Of a stretch of 64,000 bases of DNA, positions 1 through 9,659 are shown one piece after another. The translations under genes were made by a program, and so were the position numbers. The notes under the pieces are model-generated. The model did no database searches. It was not told the DNA's origin and saw nothing but the letters and a program-made list of their open reading frames with translations. The first letter of the stretch is position 1. Every line of letters starts with the position of its first letter. Source of the DNA: an uncultured Candidatus Saccharibacteria bacterium (GTDB lineage: Bacteria; Patescibacteriota; Minisyncoccia; Phycocordibacterales; UBA2100); the NCBI GenBank assembly GCA_964362175.1, contig CAYIDD010000001.1:569-64568 (forward strand), written 5' to 3'.

Positions 1-353
1 CCGTCACCGTCTGGGTCAGGATTCGGCAATGCAAAGGACGCGCTTCCGTCAGTGCCGTTGGCATCCAAAACCTGGAAACCATCAACGCCAGCGCAGGCGG
101 CATCCACACCCGACTCACAGAGCCAGATATTGGTCTTGCCCACAAGCGGAACGAAAATGCGATGACCGCTATTTCCGGTCATATCCGCAGTCTTTCCCTT
201 CGGGACGCCGATAATATTGAGGTTATAGTGCGCGCCGCTTGGAGCGCCGTTGCCGGTGGCTCCCGCCGTCATCGGCACGTAGGCGACAACCATCGCCACT
301 GCCGCGACAAGCGCGACACCAGCCGTTACCGCGAATTTTTGTGTGTGGGTCAT
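1..353 (-). CDS. Secreted hypothetical protein, 3'-truncated by the window edge
   Basis: Not in the ORF track. Read by hand from ATG 353: MTHTQKFAVTAGVALVAAVAMVVAYVPMTAGATGNGAPSGAHYNLNIIGVPKGK..., open to base 1, with a signal-peptide-like N-terminus. Confidence 0.8.
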   Translation of the reverse strand, partial: MTHTQKFAVTAGVALVAAVAMVVAYVPMTAGATGNGAPSGAHYNLNIIGVPKGKTADMTGNSGHRIFVPLVGKTNIWLCESGVDAACAGVDGFQVLDANGTDGSASFALPNPDPDGD

Positions 354-615
354 AATGTATGGTATGTATTTTTTATGTATCCGATAAAAAGGAACACGCA
401 TGACAGTGCCGCCCCTATCGACCATGCGCCGCTGAAAGCCCTACAAAGCTACGCCCGTTATTTGAGACTGTAAAGATTGACATTCACACTCAAATATTCT
501 CCAGCTGGGGGTGTAAACATCAAAAATATCGAACGTTTGAGCCATCATAGGGCAGCATGACGCGGCCGCCCCCGTTCCGGAGCCCGCGCTTTTCGTTTGC
601 CTTCTGTCTTTTACA

Positions 616-1317
616 CTAGCGCCTGCCTCCCTTGCCGCCGCCCAAGGCGAGCGCGGTGAAGTAATTGGCGATGCCGAGAACCTGCGCGTCCACCTCTTTT
701 CCTATCTGAACTTCCTTATTGTTCACATACTGCTCGGCTTCCACATCGTTCGTAATGTAGTACGCCTCGGTAATAGTGGAGACGAGATTTTTGTAGACCG
801 TCATGCCGTAACCGCCATTCAAGAGTCCTTCGGGTTTGTTGGTAAGCGGGAGTAATGAATCGTAGAGAGCTTTGGCCAGCGGTTTATCCGAATTTTGGGT
901 GTAAATGGTAAGCGTGCCATCGTGCGTCGGAGCGGTGCTTCCGTTGTGATGGACTGAAACGAGCACATCGCATTTCTTATTGTCAGCAATGCCATCGCCT
1001 GTTACATCAACCGCAGCGCATTTAGCCGCCGCATCGCCCACTCTCTCCTTTCGGGTCGAGAAACGACCGGCGACCACGACATGCGCGCCGTACGTACTCA
1101 ATGCCGCCTCCAGTGCCTGAACAACGTCCCCATTCACGTCCGCTTCCGCCACGCCGTAAAGCAGATTTACCGCCCCCGTGTCCGTGCTACTACTACCGTG
1201 TCCTGCATCGAGCGCGATTATTTTTCCCGCAAGAGCGCTAGTATCGGCTACGGCTATAGAATTACCTACAGCAACGACCGCCACAAAGACAAGAGCAAGG
1301 AGGGATAGCTTCTTCAT
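616..1317 (-). CDS. N-acetylmuramoyl-L-alanine amidase (Amidase_3 family), secreted
   Basis: Signal peptide; IALDAGHG, EADVN, VSVHHN and TITEAYYITN Zn-amidase motifs. Confidence 0.85.
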   Translation of the reverse strand: MKKLSLLALVFVAVVAVGNSIAVADTSALAGKIIALDAGHGSSSTDTGAVNLLYGVAEADVNGDVVQALEAALSTYGAHVVVAGRFSTRKERVGDAAAKCAAVDVTGDGIADNKKCDVLVSVHHNGSTAPTHDGTLTIYTQNSDKPLAKALYDSLLPLTNKPEGLLNGGYGMTVYKNLVSTITEAYYITNDVEAEQYVNNKEVQIGKEVDAQVLGIANYFTALALGGGKGGRR

Positions 1318-1326
1318 ACGGGAGGC

Positions 1327-2097
1327 CTAATTTGCCCAAAATACGTGCGTCAGGACCTTGTTGCCATTTCCAAGGTCGCGCTCGAATACCGAGGAGCGAC
1401 CGTCTGCCGAGCGGTGGATTTCTTTGCCCCACTCGCTTCGGTCGCTGACGTCGACGCTACTCGCGCCCCGCGCTGCAGTGGTCTGGCCAACGGTCGTCGT
1501 CGAGTCGAGATGCGCGTAGATAAGCGCGAGCTCATCATAATCATGCTGGTTCGGATGCTGGTTGCTCGTGGGATCGCTCGTGTAATCCATGCAGGTATTG
1601 AGGTTCGCGTTGTTGAAATTCTCGTCCTGATGATCGAGCCCGAATATGTGTCCCACCTCCTGACACATCACGAGGTTGCGCCATGCCGAAGTGTTGTATG
1701 TGGCGGTGTTGAAATAGGTGTCGTTCAACTTCACGACCCCTTTCGTGATGTGCAAGCCGCTTATCCATATCTGCGCTAACCCTAGCCAGCCGTTGTTGCC
1801 GTACCTGCTATTACAAACTTCGGCCCGGCCCGTGGTCGCCTTACAGTTGCGGCCTGCATTGCCAGCCACGATGGTGGTATCAAGCACATCTGACACGCTC
1901 CAATCGCTTGAAGTCGTGCCAAGATATGAATCCCATGTGGACGATACGTTATCGCCCAACTTTAATGTAAAGGGGTTGGCCGTGCGCGCCCAGTGGTAGC
2001 CGCCCCACGAGTGACTCGCTTCCGCGACGACTGCGCCCATGAAAAGGACGGCGCCCAACACGACCGCGGGAAGAGCTATGGTAATGGTCTTGTTCAT
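1327..2097 (-). CDS. Secreted metzincin/matrixin-like protein with QExxHxxGxxH variant motif
   Basis: Signal peptide from MNKTIT; CQEVGHIFGLDH followed by Met-turn TCMDY; upstream TTGACC-17-TACCAT promoter. Confidence 0.75.
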   Translation of the reverse strand: MNKTITIALPAVVLGAVLFMGAVVAEASHSWGGYHWARTANPFTLKLGDNVSSTWDSYLGTTSSDWSVSDVLDTTIVAGNAGRNCKATTGRAEVCNSRYGNNGWLGLAQIWISGLHITKGVVKLNDTYFNTATYNTSAWRNLVMCQEVGHIFGLDHQDENFNNANLNTCMDYTSDPTSNQHPNQHDYDELALIYAHLDSTTTVGQTTAARGASSVDVSDRSEWGKEIHRSADGRSSVFERDLGNGNKVLTHVFWAN

Positions 2098-2162
2098 AGT
2101 TAAAGTTGCTAGGTTTATTAACACATTGATGGTACGACGCCCCGCCTTTTTGGTCAAGGGTC

Positions 2163-3203
2163 TCACGGCGCGCCCGCGACAGCCGCCATGCTCGCGCTCG
2201 GCGTGAGCACGGGGCTCGTAAAGACGAACGCGTTTGCCGCGAGGAACATGATGAGGATAAAGGAGAGCATGATACCGGCCGCGATCGCTTTGCGTGTGTG
2301 GTGGACGCGTATCTCAAAGCCGGTCGTGACACCGAGCGCGAGAATGACGAAAAGCGCGACGATCCAATAGGTGTATTGCAACATGCTCCGTGGCGCCGTC
2401 GCGATATGCGCCCATAGCGGCGCGTAATCCGGCGTCGGCCCTGCTGCCGCCTCCTGCGCAAGAGTTTTTACCGGCGCATCCCCTACGCTTGTGCCGAGCA
2501 CTACTGTCTTGGGGGCGGGGGCCGCAGGCTCCTGCGACTCACCCAAGACCGCGATCGGCGCCGAGATCGCGAGCGCGGTTTCGGTGGGGCTTTGCGGAAT
2601 GTTGACCGCGACCACCGGACTCTGCTTGTCGGACGATGAGGGCGTGCCAAATGCCTGCACTACGAAGGTAGTGGGGCGTCCTTGGAACGTCCCCTCGGCG
2701 GTCGCGATGCCTATCTCGGTGAAATGCGGGTTGAGGATATTCTCACGGTGTGTCGGTGAATTCATCCACGCCCGTTCCACATCGCCCGAATCGGAAAAAT
2801 CTACGGCAAGATTTTCACCCGCGTAATCAAATGCATACCCTGCCTCTTTGAACCAGTGCCACGGATCCACTCCTTGGGGCGAGACGTGCGCGAAATACCC
2901 TTTTGCCGCCATGTCGTCGGCCTTGGCTTGCGCGGCAGCGACGAGGACGGGGTTCATGGTCAGTGTCCGCAGACTGTTCTGCGCCCTGTCACCGTTCGCA
3001 AGGTCAACAAGGACCGTGGCAAGTACCGTCGCGTACTGATTTGAACTTACAAGAAATTTGTCGATCGAGGAAGCAAGAAAAATGGATACGACGAGCGCGG
3101 AAACGAGCGTGACCGCAACCCCGCCCAGAAGCTCGACTTCCCGACGCCCCTTCTTGCGCGGCAGCAACGAGCGAAACCGTGATATGCGGTTCTTTTTTCT
3201 CAC
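2163..3203 (-). CDS. CAP (SCP/PR-1) domain membrane protein
   Basis: AAQAKADDM..YFAH, AGENLA, WMNSPTHRENIL and EIGIA CAP motifs; N- and C-terminal TM helices. Confidence 0.9.
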   Translation of the reverse strand: MRKKNRISRFRSLLPRKKGRREVELLGGVAVTLVSALVVSIFLASSIDKFLVSSNQYATVLATVLVDLANGDRAQNSLRTLTMNPVLVAAAQAKADDMAAKGYFAHVSPQGVDPWHWFKEAGYAFDYAGENLAVDFSDSGDVERAWMNSPTHRENILNPHFTEIGIATAEGTFQGRPTTFVVQAFGTPSSSDKQSPVVAVNIPQSPTETALAISAPIAVLGESQEPAAPAPKTVVLGTSVGDAPVKTLAQEAAAGPTPDYAPLWAHIATAPRSMLQYTYWIVALFVILALGVTTGFEIRVHHTRKAIAAGIMLSFILIMFLAANAFVFTSPVLTPSASMAAVAGAP

Positions 3204-3227
3204 CTCCTCATTCTCGCACGTCTATCC

Positions 3228-3269
3228 AAATACAAAACCCGCCCTCTGTGGAAGGCGGGTTTTGTATTT
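3228..3269. terminator. Intrinsic terminator hairpin
   Basis: AAATACAAAACCCGCC...GGCGGGTTTTGTATTT inverted repeat just after the 3286 stop. Confidence 0.75.
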
Positions 3270-3285
3270 TCCTTAACCCAGCAAT

Positions 3286-6200
3286 TTACTGAGCGTTCGG
3301 ATTCTGCGACCACGGGATCAGATTCGGGATCGGGAGCGTAAGCTGCGGACACTCGAGAAGATTGACCTGACGCAGTGTGGAGAGGTACACAAGGCCGGTC
3401 GGAGAAGCAATTCCCCACGGGCTCAAAATACTGTCGCTGTACTGTGCCTGGAACCTTCGAATCACGGCCTCAGTCATCGGGCCGTAGAATCCGGTGACCG
3501 GAAGGTTCGCACTCATGTGCTTGTTGAGGAACTCCTGAAGCTTGCGCGCCTGCTCGGCATCATTCTTCCTGCTGCCGATGCGAAGATGTTTGTCCATGTA
3601 GAGGCCGCAGGACGCCCCGAGTACCTGACCCGTCGAGGTACCGAGAACGGTCCCGCCTCCGAAGATCGGGTTGTTGAAGTGGCTGCCGCCTCCCCCACCG
3701 CCCGACGGAGGCGGAGTAACGATCGGGGTGTTGACGGTGATCGAAACGCTCCCGTCGTCGTTGTCACCGTTATAGTCGTTTGTAGAGCCGTCGGAGGTCG
3801 TGGTGGCAGTGTTAGTGACCGTCTGTCCTGCACCAGCCGTAACCGTCGCAACGATTTGGAGCGATGTTGAAGAGGCCGCGGGGAGCGAACTTATAAACCA
3901 TGTGCCGCTCGAGGTGGCATACGCACCAGCACCGTTGTCAGAGACATACGAGAGGCCCACAGGGAGCACGTCTTGCGTAACAAGGTTAAACGCTTCGGCA
4001 GGACCCGCGTTTGAGAGTGTGAGCGTAAAGGTTACGTTTTGTCCGGCGTCGGGGGTGTTGTCGTCAACCGACTTCGAGGTGGTGATGTCAAACCCGGTCG
4101 CGTTGTTGTAGAAGGTACAGGTGATGTTGTCACCCGCCGCGACATCTACGCTGTAGATGGTGTCGCCATCAAGCAATCCGCTTTCGTTGTTGCAGCTTGC
4201 TTCGGAGAGCGTCCAGCCGGCCGGGCTGACCTCCTGGAGGTTGTAAGTGCCCGCGTCAATCGAGATGGTGGCCGAACCGTCGCCCTCAGTGGTCGTGACG
4301 CTCGTAGAGGTGCTGAATTCGTTACCCCCCTCAAGGTTGAAGTCGAATGTCGCATCAGGGTTCCCTTCGCCGACGTATTTCACGATGTGAAGCGTCGCCT
4401 GTCCGTCATTGTTGGTGATGGCGCAGGTTTTCGTCTCGCCGTTCGCTATCGTGCCCGAGCAGTCGGCGCCGAGCGTTGTCCCGTAGCCGGCGGCGGAATT
4501 CTCGATAACTTCGTAGTCACCGGCATCAACCGTCACTGTGTTCTCGCCTGTCAGAGCGTTGCCGTCGTCATCCGCGGTCTCGTTAAATGCGATCGCCGAA
4601 CCGTCGCCAACATGGAAGAAGAAGTTGCTTGCGGTATTGGTGCCTCCATTGTTGTTGATGACCGTCTTTTGGATGATGAGCGTACCCGGCTGGTCGTCGT
4701 TGGTGATTGAGCAGATTGCGGTGTCAGCAAGACCGAGCGTAACACTGTTGCTCAAAATAGGGCTGCCGCCGTTCACCACACAGCTCCATGTCCCATCGGG
4801 GGTATAGCCCGCAGGACCGTCAGATTCAGAAAGCGAGTAGGTGCCCGTTTGGAAATTTGCAGTGCCTTGAGCAGTGCCGTTTCCTGAGATGATAGTAGGG
4901 CTTTCCTGGTCGCCGGTGGCGGTAACTGTCCAGTCCTCCGGCAATGCTTGGCCGCCGTCATCCTTCACTACGATTTTTTCGAGAATGAGCGTAGGCCTGA
5001 TGTCGTCGTTGGTGATGGTGCACACGTAAGAGTGTCCCGCCTCAACCGCGATAGAGGAAGTTTTAACCGCTGAGCCGCCGTCCGTCGAACACATAATGCT
5101 CGTTGGTTCGTAATCGCCTGCCGGACCGCCGTCTTCACTGATGGTGTAGGTGTTGGGAGCAAGAAGTGTTGCCACGCCATCGGAAAGTTGGGTCGCGTTG
5201 GCGAAAAGCGTCCAAGCGCTTGCAAGAGCACCGCCGCCGTTGTCGTTAGTAACGTGCTTTCTGATGGTGAGGTAACCCTGAGTCGATGGAGTATCGTTGT
5301 TGGTAACGGTGCAGGTCTTTTCGCCGCCCTCGGGCATCACGGCATCGCAATCAGCTGAGTAAGAAACGCCGTAACCGGACGGGCCGTCGGTCTCAGTAAC
5401 GCTGTAGGATGCGCCGCCGTCGATAGTGACGCTAGCGCCCGGTGAAGAATCTGTACCAACGACAGACGAAGGATCAGGATTGCCGCCAGTCACCGAGAGG
5501 GTGAAGTCTGACGAGGTTGCGGTGCCGCTGAATTCTCCGGCGTTGTCGTTTTGTACAAGCTTGATGATACGAAGCGTGCCTGGCTGTTTGTCGCTGTTGG
5601 TGATGGTGCAGGTGACACTCTCGCCGAGACCGATCGCGAGATTCGCGCCGCTGATTGGCGTTGCATTACCCGTACACACCCATCCGCTGGCGTTGTAGCC
5701 CAACGGGCCACTCTCGCCGAGTGTGTAGGTATCCGCCTTGAACGTCGAGTCGCTCGTGACCGGCGTCGTGCCGCTGAGATTGGTCGGCGAACCGAGCGAG
5801 CCAACTGCAGTCAGTGTCCAATCAACCGCTTCAGAAATGCCGCGGTATACGATTTCTCCCATCTGTTTAATGAGTGTCAATGATGGCGCGTTGTCGTCAT
5901 TCGTGATGGTGCAGGTTGCACTTTGTCCAGCGACGAGCGTAACCGTATCTGCATCATTTTGTGTACCTGTGCCTGTGCAGACCCAGTCGCTTGCGCTATA
6001 ACCAGGCGGACCACTCTCCGAAAGGTTGTAGGAACCCGGATTGACGACGGCATTCGTAACGGACGCGCTATCTTCAATGCCCGAAATCGGTGTCGGGCCG
6101 GATGCGGAGAGCGTCCATGCCGTTTCGACTGCAGTACCTCCGTTATCGGTTACAACGGTTTTCTGAAGTGTCAGTGTTGCGGTAGTCGGAACGTCATCAT

Positions 6201-6942
6201 CGTTGGTGATGGTACAGGTCGCGACATCGCCGCCTGCGAGAGTAATCGAATTACCGGAGACCGGCGCATCGGCGTTTTTGACACAGCTGTATTGACTTGC
6301 CGTGTAGCCTGTAGGCCCGCCGCTCTCTGAAAGGGTGTAGGAACCGGCATTTACCGTCATATTGGTGACCGCAGCGCTGTTGTGGACTCCGGAAATCGGT
6401 GTAGGACCAGATGCAGAAAGCGTCCAGTCGGTCGTAGTTGCAGTTCCGCTGTTGTCGTTGATAACCGTCTTCTTAAGAGTCAACTGCGGAGGAAGAGTGA
6501 ATGAGCACGTTTGAGCAATCGACGATTCATGCCCACTCACCTGTCCATGGTAGAGTTTTGCGGAAATCGACGCTGGCGAGGTGGTTCCAAGGTTCATCTG
6601 ATTCGACCACGTGCCAGCCATATTTTTCGGGTGCTCGGTGCTGGTCGTGGCGATAAACGTATCCGGTGCATCTTTCGAACTTAGATCAAAAAGTACGGTT
6701 GATGGTGAGTAAACCGAAACGTCATACTGAGTCGACAGTCCCGAGTAATCATATGCGTGCCAAATTCCGGACAAGTTCCATAGCGAACCACTGATAGACA
6801 CATTGCCGCATGAAATCATGTACTCGGGTGCCGCAAAGGCAGTCGAGGGGGCCGCCAGAAACGGAACGACCATGAGCATTGTGACAACAACGGAACCCGC
6901 CTTGCCGAGCAAGGAATTCTTAAGTGAGGAGTTGATATTCAT
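3286..6942 (-). CDS. Large surface protein: ~8 CnaB/prealbumin-like Ig repeats, DUF11-like domain, C-terminal peptidoglycan-binding-like domain
   Basis: Signal peptide; repeats LTLxKxVxNDNGG...YxLSE...C...CTITNDD; KSVD..GQNVTFTLTLSNAGP (DUF11); LQEFLN...TGFYGPMTEAVIRRFQ (PG-binding). Confidence 0.85.
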   Translation of the reverse strand: MNINSSLKNSLLGKAGSVVVTMLMVVPFLAAPSTAFAAPEYMISCGNVSISGSLWNLSGIWHAYDYSGLSTQYDVSVYSPSTVLFDLSSKDAPDTFIATTSTEHPKNMAGTWSNQMNLGTTSPASISAKLYHGQVSGHESSIAQTCSFTLPPQLTLKKTVINDNSGTATTTDWTLSASGPTPISGVHNSAAVTNMTVNAGSYTLSESGGPTGYTASQYSCVKNADAPVSGNSITLAGGDVATCTITNDDDVPTTATLTLQKTVVTDNGGTAVETAWTLSASGPTPISGIEDSASVTNAVVNPGSYNLSESGPPGYSASDWVCTGTGTQNDADTVTLVAGQSATCTITNDDNAPSLTLIKQMGEIVYRGISEAVDWTLTAVGSLGSPTNLSGTTPVTSDSTFKADTYTLGESGPLGYNASGWVCTGNATPISGANLAIGLGESVTCTITNSDKQPGTLRIIKLVQNDNAGEFSGTATSSDFTLSVTGGNPDPSSVVGTDSSPGASVTIDGGASYSVTETDGPSGYGVSYSADCDAVMPEGGEKTCTVTNNDTPSTQGYLTIRKHVTNDNGGGALASAWTLFANATQLSDGVATLLAPNTYTISEDGGPAGDYEPTSIMCSTDGGSAVKTSSIAVEAGHSYVCTITNDDIRPTLILEKIVVKDDGGQALPEDWTVTATGDQESPTIISGNGTAQGTANFQTGTYSLSESDGPAGYTPDGTWSCVVNGGSPILSNSVTLGLADTAICSITNDDQPGTLIIQKTVINNNGGTNTASNFFFHVGDGSAIAFNETADDDGNALTGENTVTVDAGDYEVIENSAAGYGTTLGADCSGTIANGETKTCAITNNDGQATLHIVKYVGEGNPDATFDFNLEGGNEFSTSTSVTTTEGDGSATISIDAGTYNLQEVSPAGWTLSEASCNNESGLLDGDTIYSVDVAAGDNITCTFYNNATGFDITTSKSVDDNTPDAGQNVTFTLTLSNAGPAEAFNLVTQDVLPVGLSYVSDNGAGAYATSSGTWFISSLPAASSTSLQIVATVTAGAGQTVTNTATTTSDGSTNDYNGDNDDGSVSITVNTPIVTPPPSGGGGGGSHFNNPIFGGGTVLGTSTGQVLGASCGLYMDKHLRIGSRKNDAEQARKLQEFLNKHMSANLPVTGFYGPMTEAVIRRFQAQYSDSILSPWGIASPTGLVYLSTLRQVNLLECPQLTLPIPNLIPWSQNPNAQ

Positions 6943-7009
6943 ACAGTATTTATAATGTGGCTAAAAATAACCTTTTAATAATCTCAATAAAGACTCTGTT
7001 TGCGGGCAA

Positions 7010-7039
7010 AATGTACACCTTATACAGGCAATCTGTCAA
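7010..7039 (-). promoter_or_regulatory. Sigma70-like promoter of the surface-protein gene
   Basis: TTGACA-18-TACATT on the minus strand. Confidence 0.55.
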
Positions 7040-7225
7040 GCCTCCTGCACGCGCAGGACAAACCCACACTATCCCCATCACGAAGAAGACACAATGAAGA
7101 GAACCGGTGACATCGTGTGCGTAAAATGTGCACAAGCACGATTTTCTGTGGATTTCCTGTGACTAACTAACAGAAAAAAGTTGACCGGCCCTAAATCCAG
7201 TGTATAAAGATGAACGGTCGCGCAA

Positions 7226-7585
7226 ATGCGACTGGCAAGCAAAACGGAGAGCGTCATGCAGAATCCGCAAGCTCAAAGGGAGATGCTATTCATCAGTGCC
7301 GCCCGCGCATCTGTTGCGCATGCGGCCGACGATACGACCCACCCGACCCCGTTGAATACGCACGAAACGGCGTTGGTGGAAGCTTGGAACCGGGACCAGA
7401 TCGCCGTGTACGAAGCGGTGAGCGCGATGGTCACTCTGGCCACGCGGGGATCCGGACAAGCACATCCCAACGTCATGGAAGACGCCTGGGATATCGTCTC
7501 CAGCGAGTGGGGAGGATCGCGTCCGATCTGGACGTGTCTCGAGCTCCGGAGGCTCTTTCGCTTGAGGGGTCTTGAGCCGAGTTGA
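7226..7585 (+). CDS. Hypothetical protein
   Basis: 119-aa ORF filling the gap, TTGACC upstream, GC hairpin (7613-7636) downstream; start uncertain. Confidence 0.55.
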   Translation: MRLASKTESVMQNPQAQREMLFISAARASVAHAADDTTHPTPLNTHETALVEAWNRDQIAVYEAVSAMVTLATRGSGQAHPNVMEDAWDIVSSEWGGSRPIWTCLELRRLFRLRGLEPS

Positions 7586-7653
7586 CGGCATTCCAAACCG
7601 GAGCAACGCAACGGGGCCGCCTGCGCAGGCGGCCTCTCATTTTACAGGGATCC

Positions 7654-8184
7654 TTAGCGGCGGCGCACGAATAACATCAGAATGAGAAGGAACGCGAAGA
7701 CCGAGATGGCCATCATGGGATACGTGATGTAGCCGAATTCAAGAAAGAGGATCTTGGCGCAGCTTATCTCCCCTTGCGATGGGCACGGCAGTGAGCCCAT
7801 GGGATACATCTGTAAGACGTGGTGGTAGATGGCGATCCCCAGACCCACGACGGATAGCATTATCGAGTAATCCGCGATAGCGCGATCGCGTTTCCAGAGA
7901 GCGAGCGCGAAGAGAATAACTTGCGGATACAGAAAGGCGCGCTGCCACCAACACAACGGGCACGGCGGCAGGCCGAAGATGCCCGAATGGATGAGGGTCA
8001 CGCTGCTTCCGACGACTGAGACGAAAAGCCCGATCCAAAGGCCCCACCGCGAGAGAAATCCCGCCACATCCTCAAGGTCGGGGATCTTATTGCGCAAAAA
8101 GTACAGCGCAAGAAATGCCGCGCCCGCTATTTGCATTGCCACTGTTCCGAGGGCCAGCCAGTAATTGAACACCTCTATCGGCAT
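7654..8184 (-). CDS. Disulfide bond formation protein DsbB/BdbC family
   Basis: PCPLCWWQR motif, four TM helices, second Cys pair PC..SC; start trimmed to MPIEVF. Confidence 0.9.
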   Translation of the reverse strand: MPIEVFNYWLALGTVAMQIAGAAFLALYFLRNKIPDLEDVAGFLSRWGLWIGLFVSVVGSSVTLIHSGIFGLPPCPLCWWQRAFLYPQVILFALALWKRDRAIADYSIMLSVVGLGIAIYHHVLQMYPMGSLPCPSQGEISCAKILFLEFGYITYPMMAISVFAFLLILMLFVRRR

Positions 8185-8185
8185 A

Positions 8186-8566
8186 CTATTGCGGCAACGG
8201 ACACCCGCTCGCCTCAGAAAGCTCCTGCAGCGTGCGCTCGCCTGTGAGAGTGGTCGTGCTGTTCGCAAATACCCACGTCGGGTAGCTTTGAACGTTCTTC
8301 TGCTTGCATTCGTCGGTCTGCCCCTGCCCATCGGGGGTTGAACATTCGATGTAAGGAAGAAGCTTCGCGGATTTGCCGAACATTGCCTTGGTCTTCTGGC
8401 AATGTGGGCACCAAAATGCGCCGTAGAAGATAGCTCCTCTATCTTTGAGGCATTGCGCAAATGAATCCAGTTGTCCGGGACCTGATCTTACGAACGTCGA
8501 CGCTCCTATCCCCGCAACGATGAGAGCGGCAAGAAGGAGCCAGAAAATGACGACGCCGTTTTTCAT
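8186..8566 (-). CDS. Membrane-anchored thioredoxin-like protein (CPHC)
   Basis: FYGAFWCPHC, YIEC and YPTW motifs; operonic with the DsbB-family gene. Confidence 0.85.
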   Translation of the reverse strand: MKNGVVIFWLLLAALIVAGIGASTFVRSGPGQLDSFAQCLKDRGAIFYGAFWCPHCQKTKAMFGKSAKLLPYIECSTPDGQGQTDECKQKNVQSYPTWVFANSTTTLTGERTLQELSEASGCPLPQ

Positions 8567-8631
8567 GGGCCCATGATACACCGCCGCATCCCGGATGCCA
8601 AATACCGTCACGCTCTGCTACAATATGCCCC

Positions 8632-9147
8632 ATGAGTAATCCAATAGAGCAAATGGAAAAAGCGCTCCACATCGAAGATGTCGACCGGAGCTTTCTCTTG
8701 AAAGTCGTGCAGCCCTCGCTCGTGGGGCTTATCGACGGCTCTATCTCGACGTTAGCGCCGCTCTTCGCCGCCGCATTCGCGAGCAACAGTCCGCACATCG
8801 CGTTCCTCGTCGGTACCGCCGCCGCTATCGGCGCCGCTATCTCGATGGCGTTTGCCGAGGGACTCTCGGACACCGGTGAACACACCGGACGCGGACATCC
8901 GGCCATTCGCGGTTCGATAGTCGGCGCAGCGACCTTCGTGGGCGGCATCTTCCACACGCTCCCCTTCCTCTTATCGGATATGACGATGGCGTTGTATCTT
9001 GCGTACCTCGTCGTTGGTATCGAGCTTCTCGCTATCGGCTACATCCGCTACCGTTATTTCAAAATGGGGTTCTGGTCCTCGATAGCACAGGTCGTTTTCG
9101 GCGGCGCACTTGTCTTCATGGCCGGCATTTTCATTGGAAGCGCCTGA
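8632..9147 (+). CDS. VIT1/CCC1 family transporter (MbfA C-terminal-like)
   Basis: VQPSLVGLIDGSISTLAPLF, ISMAFAEGLSD, five TM helices. Confidence 0.85.
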   Translation: MSNPIEQMEKALHIEDVDRSFLLKVVQPSLVGLIDGSISTLAPLFAAAFASNSPHIAFLVGTAAAIGAAISMAFAEGLSDTGEHTGRGHPAIRGSIVGAATFVGGIFHTLPFLLSDMTMALYLAYLVVGIELLAIGYIRYRYFKMGFWSSIAQVVFGGALVFMAGIFIGSA

Positions 9148-9211
9148 TTTTAAAGATTGTATCCAATGCAATCTTTAAAATCACGGGCAATTTTTCCAAA
9201 AAATTGACCGT
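9146..9211. terminator. Two tandem AT-rich hairpins between convergent genes
   Basis: Perfect 14-bp GATTTTAAAGATTG/CAATCTTTAAAATC stem, then ACGGGCAATTTTT/AAAAATTGACCGT. Confidence 0.6.
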
Positions 9212-9237
9212 CAAGTAACACTTTCAACAGACTTCCG

Positions 9238-9636
9238 TTAGTGATGGGTAGCCGCTTCGCACCTGCAGCCCACGGGGCGAATGAATTCGTCGAAATATTC
9301 CGTGTCGTAATCGATGGTCAGTTCCTCCCCTTTTTTGATATCGCGTTTTGCCTCTATCATGATGCGCCCGTCGCGGATCTCGGCCTCCGTATTCGGGTCG
9401 CATGAGTGGTTGATGTAGCGGGCGATATTTGATCGTGGAGAGCCGTCGATCGTCCATATCTCGTCTATTTCGAAGAGATAGCGGGATTTCAACGTGTCGG
9501 CGAACGGTGTGGGGATCTTCTTCCCCGTGTATTCAAGGATAAAATCCCCCTTCTTGATATCGCATGCGGCAAAAAGGCCCCGTCCCGTCCCCGGTTTTGA
9601 CTTGCGTATCATGAATCGCGCATCTATCGTTTCCAT
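9238..9636 (-). CDS. SET domain protein (putative lysine methyltransferase)
   Basis: GRGLFA, ARYINHSCDPN, GEELTIDY and post-SET CxC. Confidence 0.92.
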   Translation of the reverse strand: METIDARFMIRKSKPGTGRGLFAACDIKKGDFILEYTGKKIPTPFADTLKSRYLFEIDEIWTIDGSPRSNIARYINHSCDPNTEAEIRDGRIMIEAKRDIKKGEELTIDYDTEYFDEFIRPVGCRCEAATHH

Positions 9637-9659
9637 GCTGAGCGAGTATAATACAGGAC

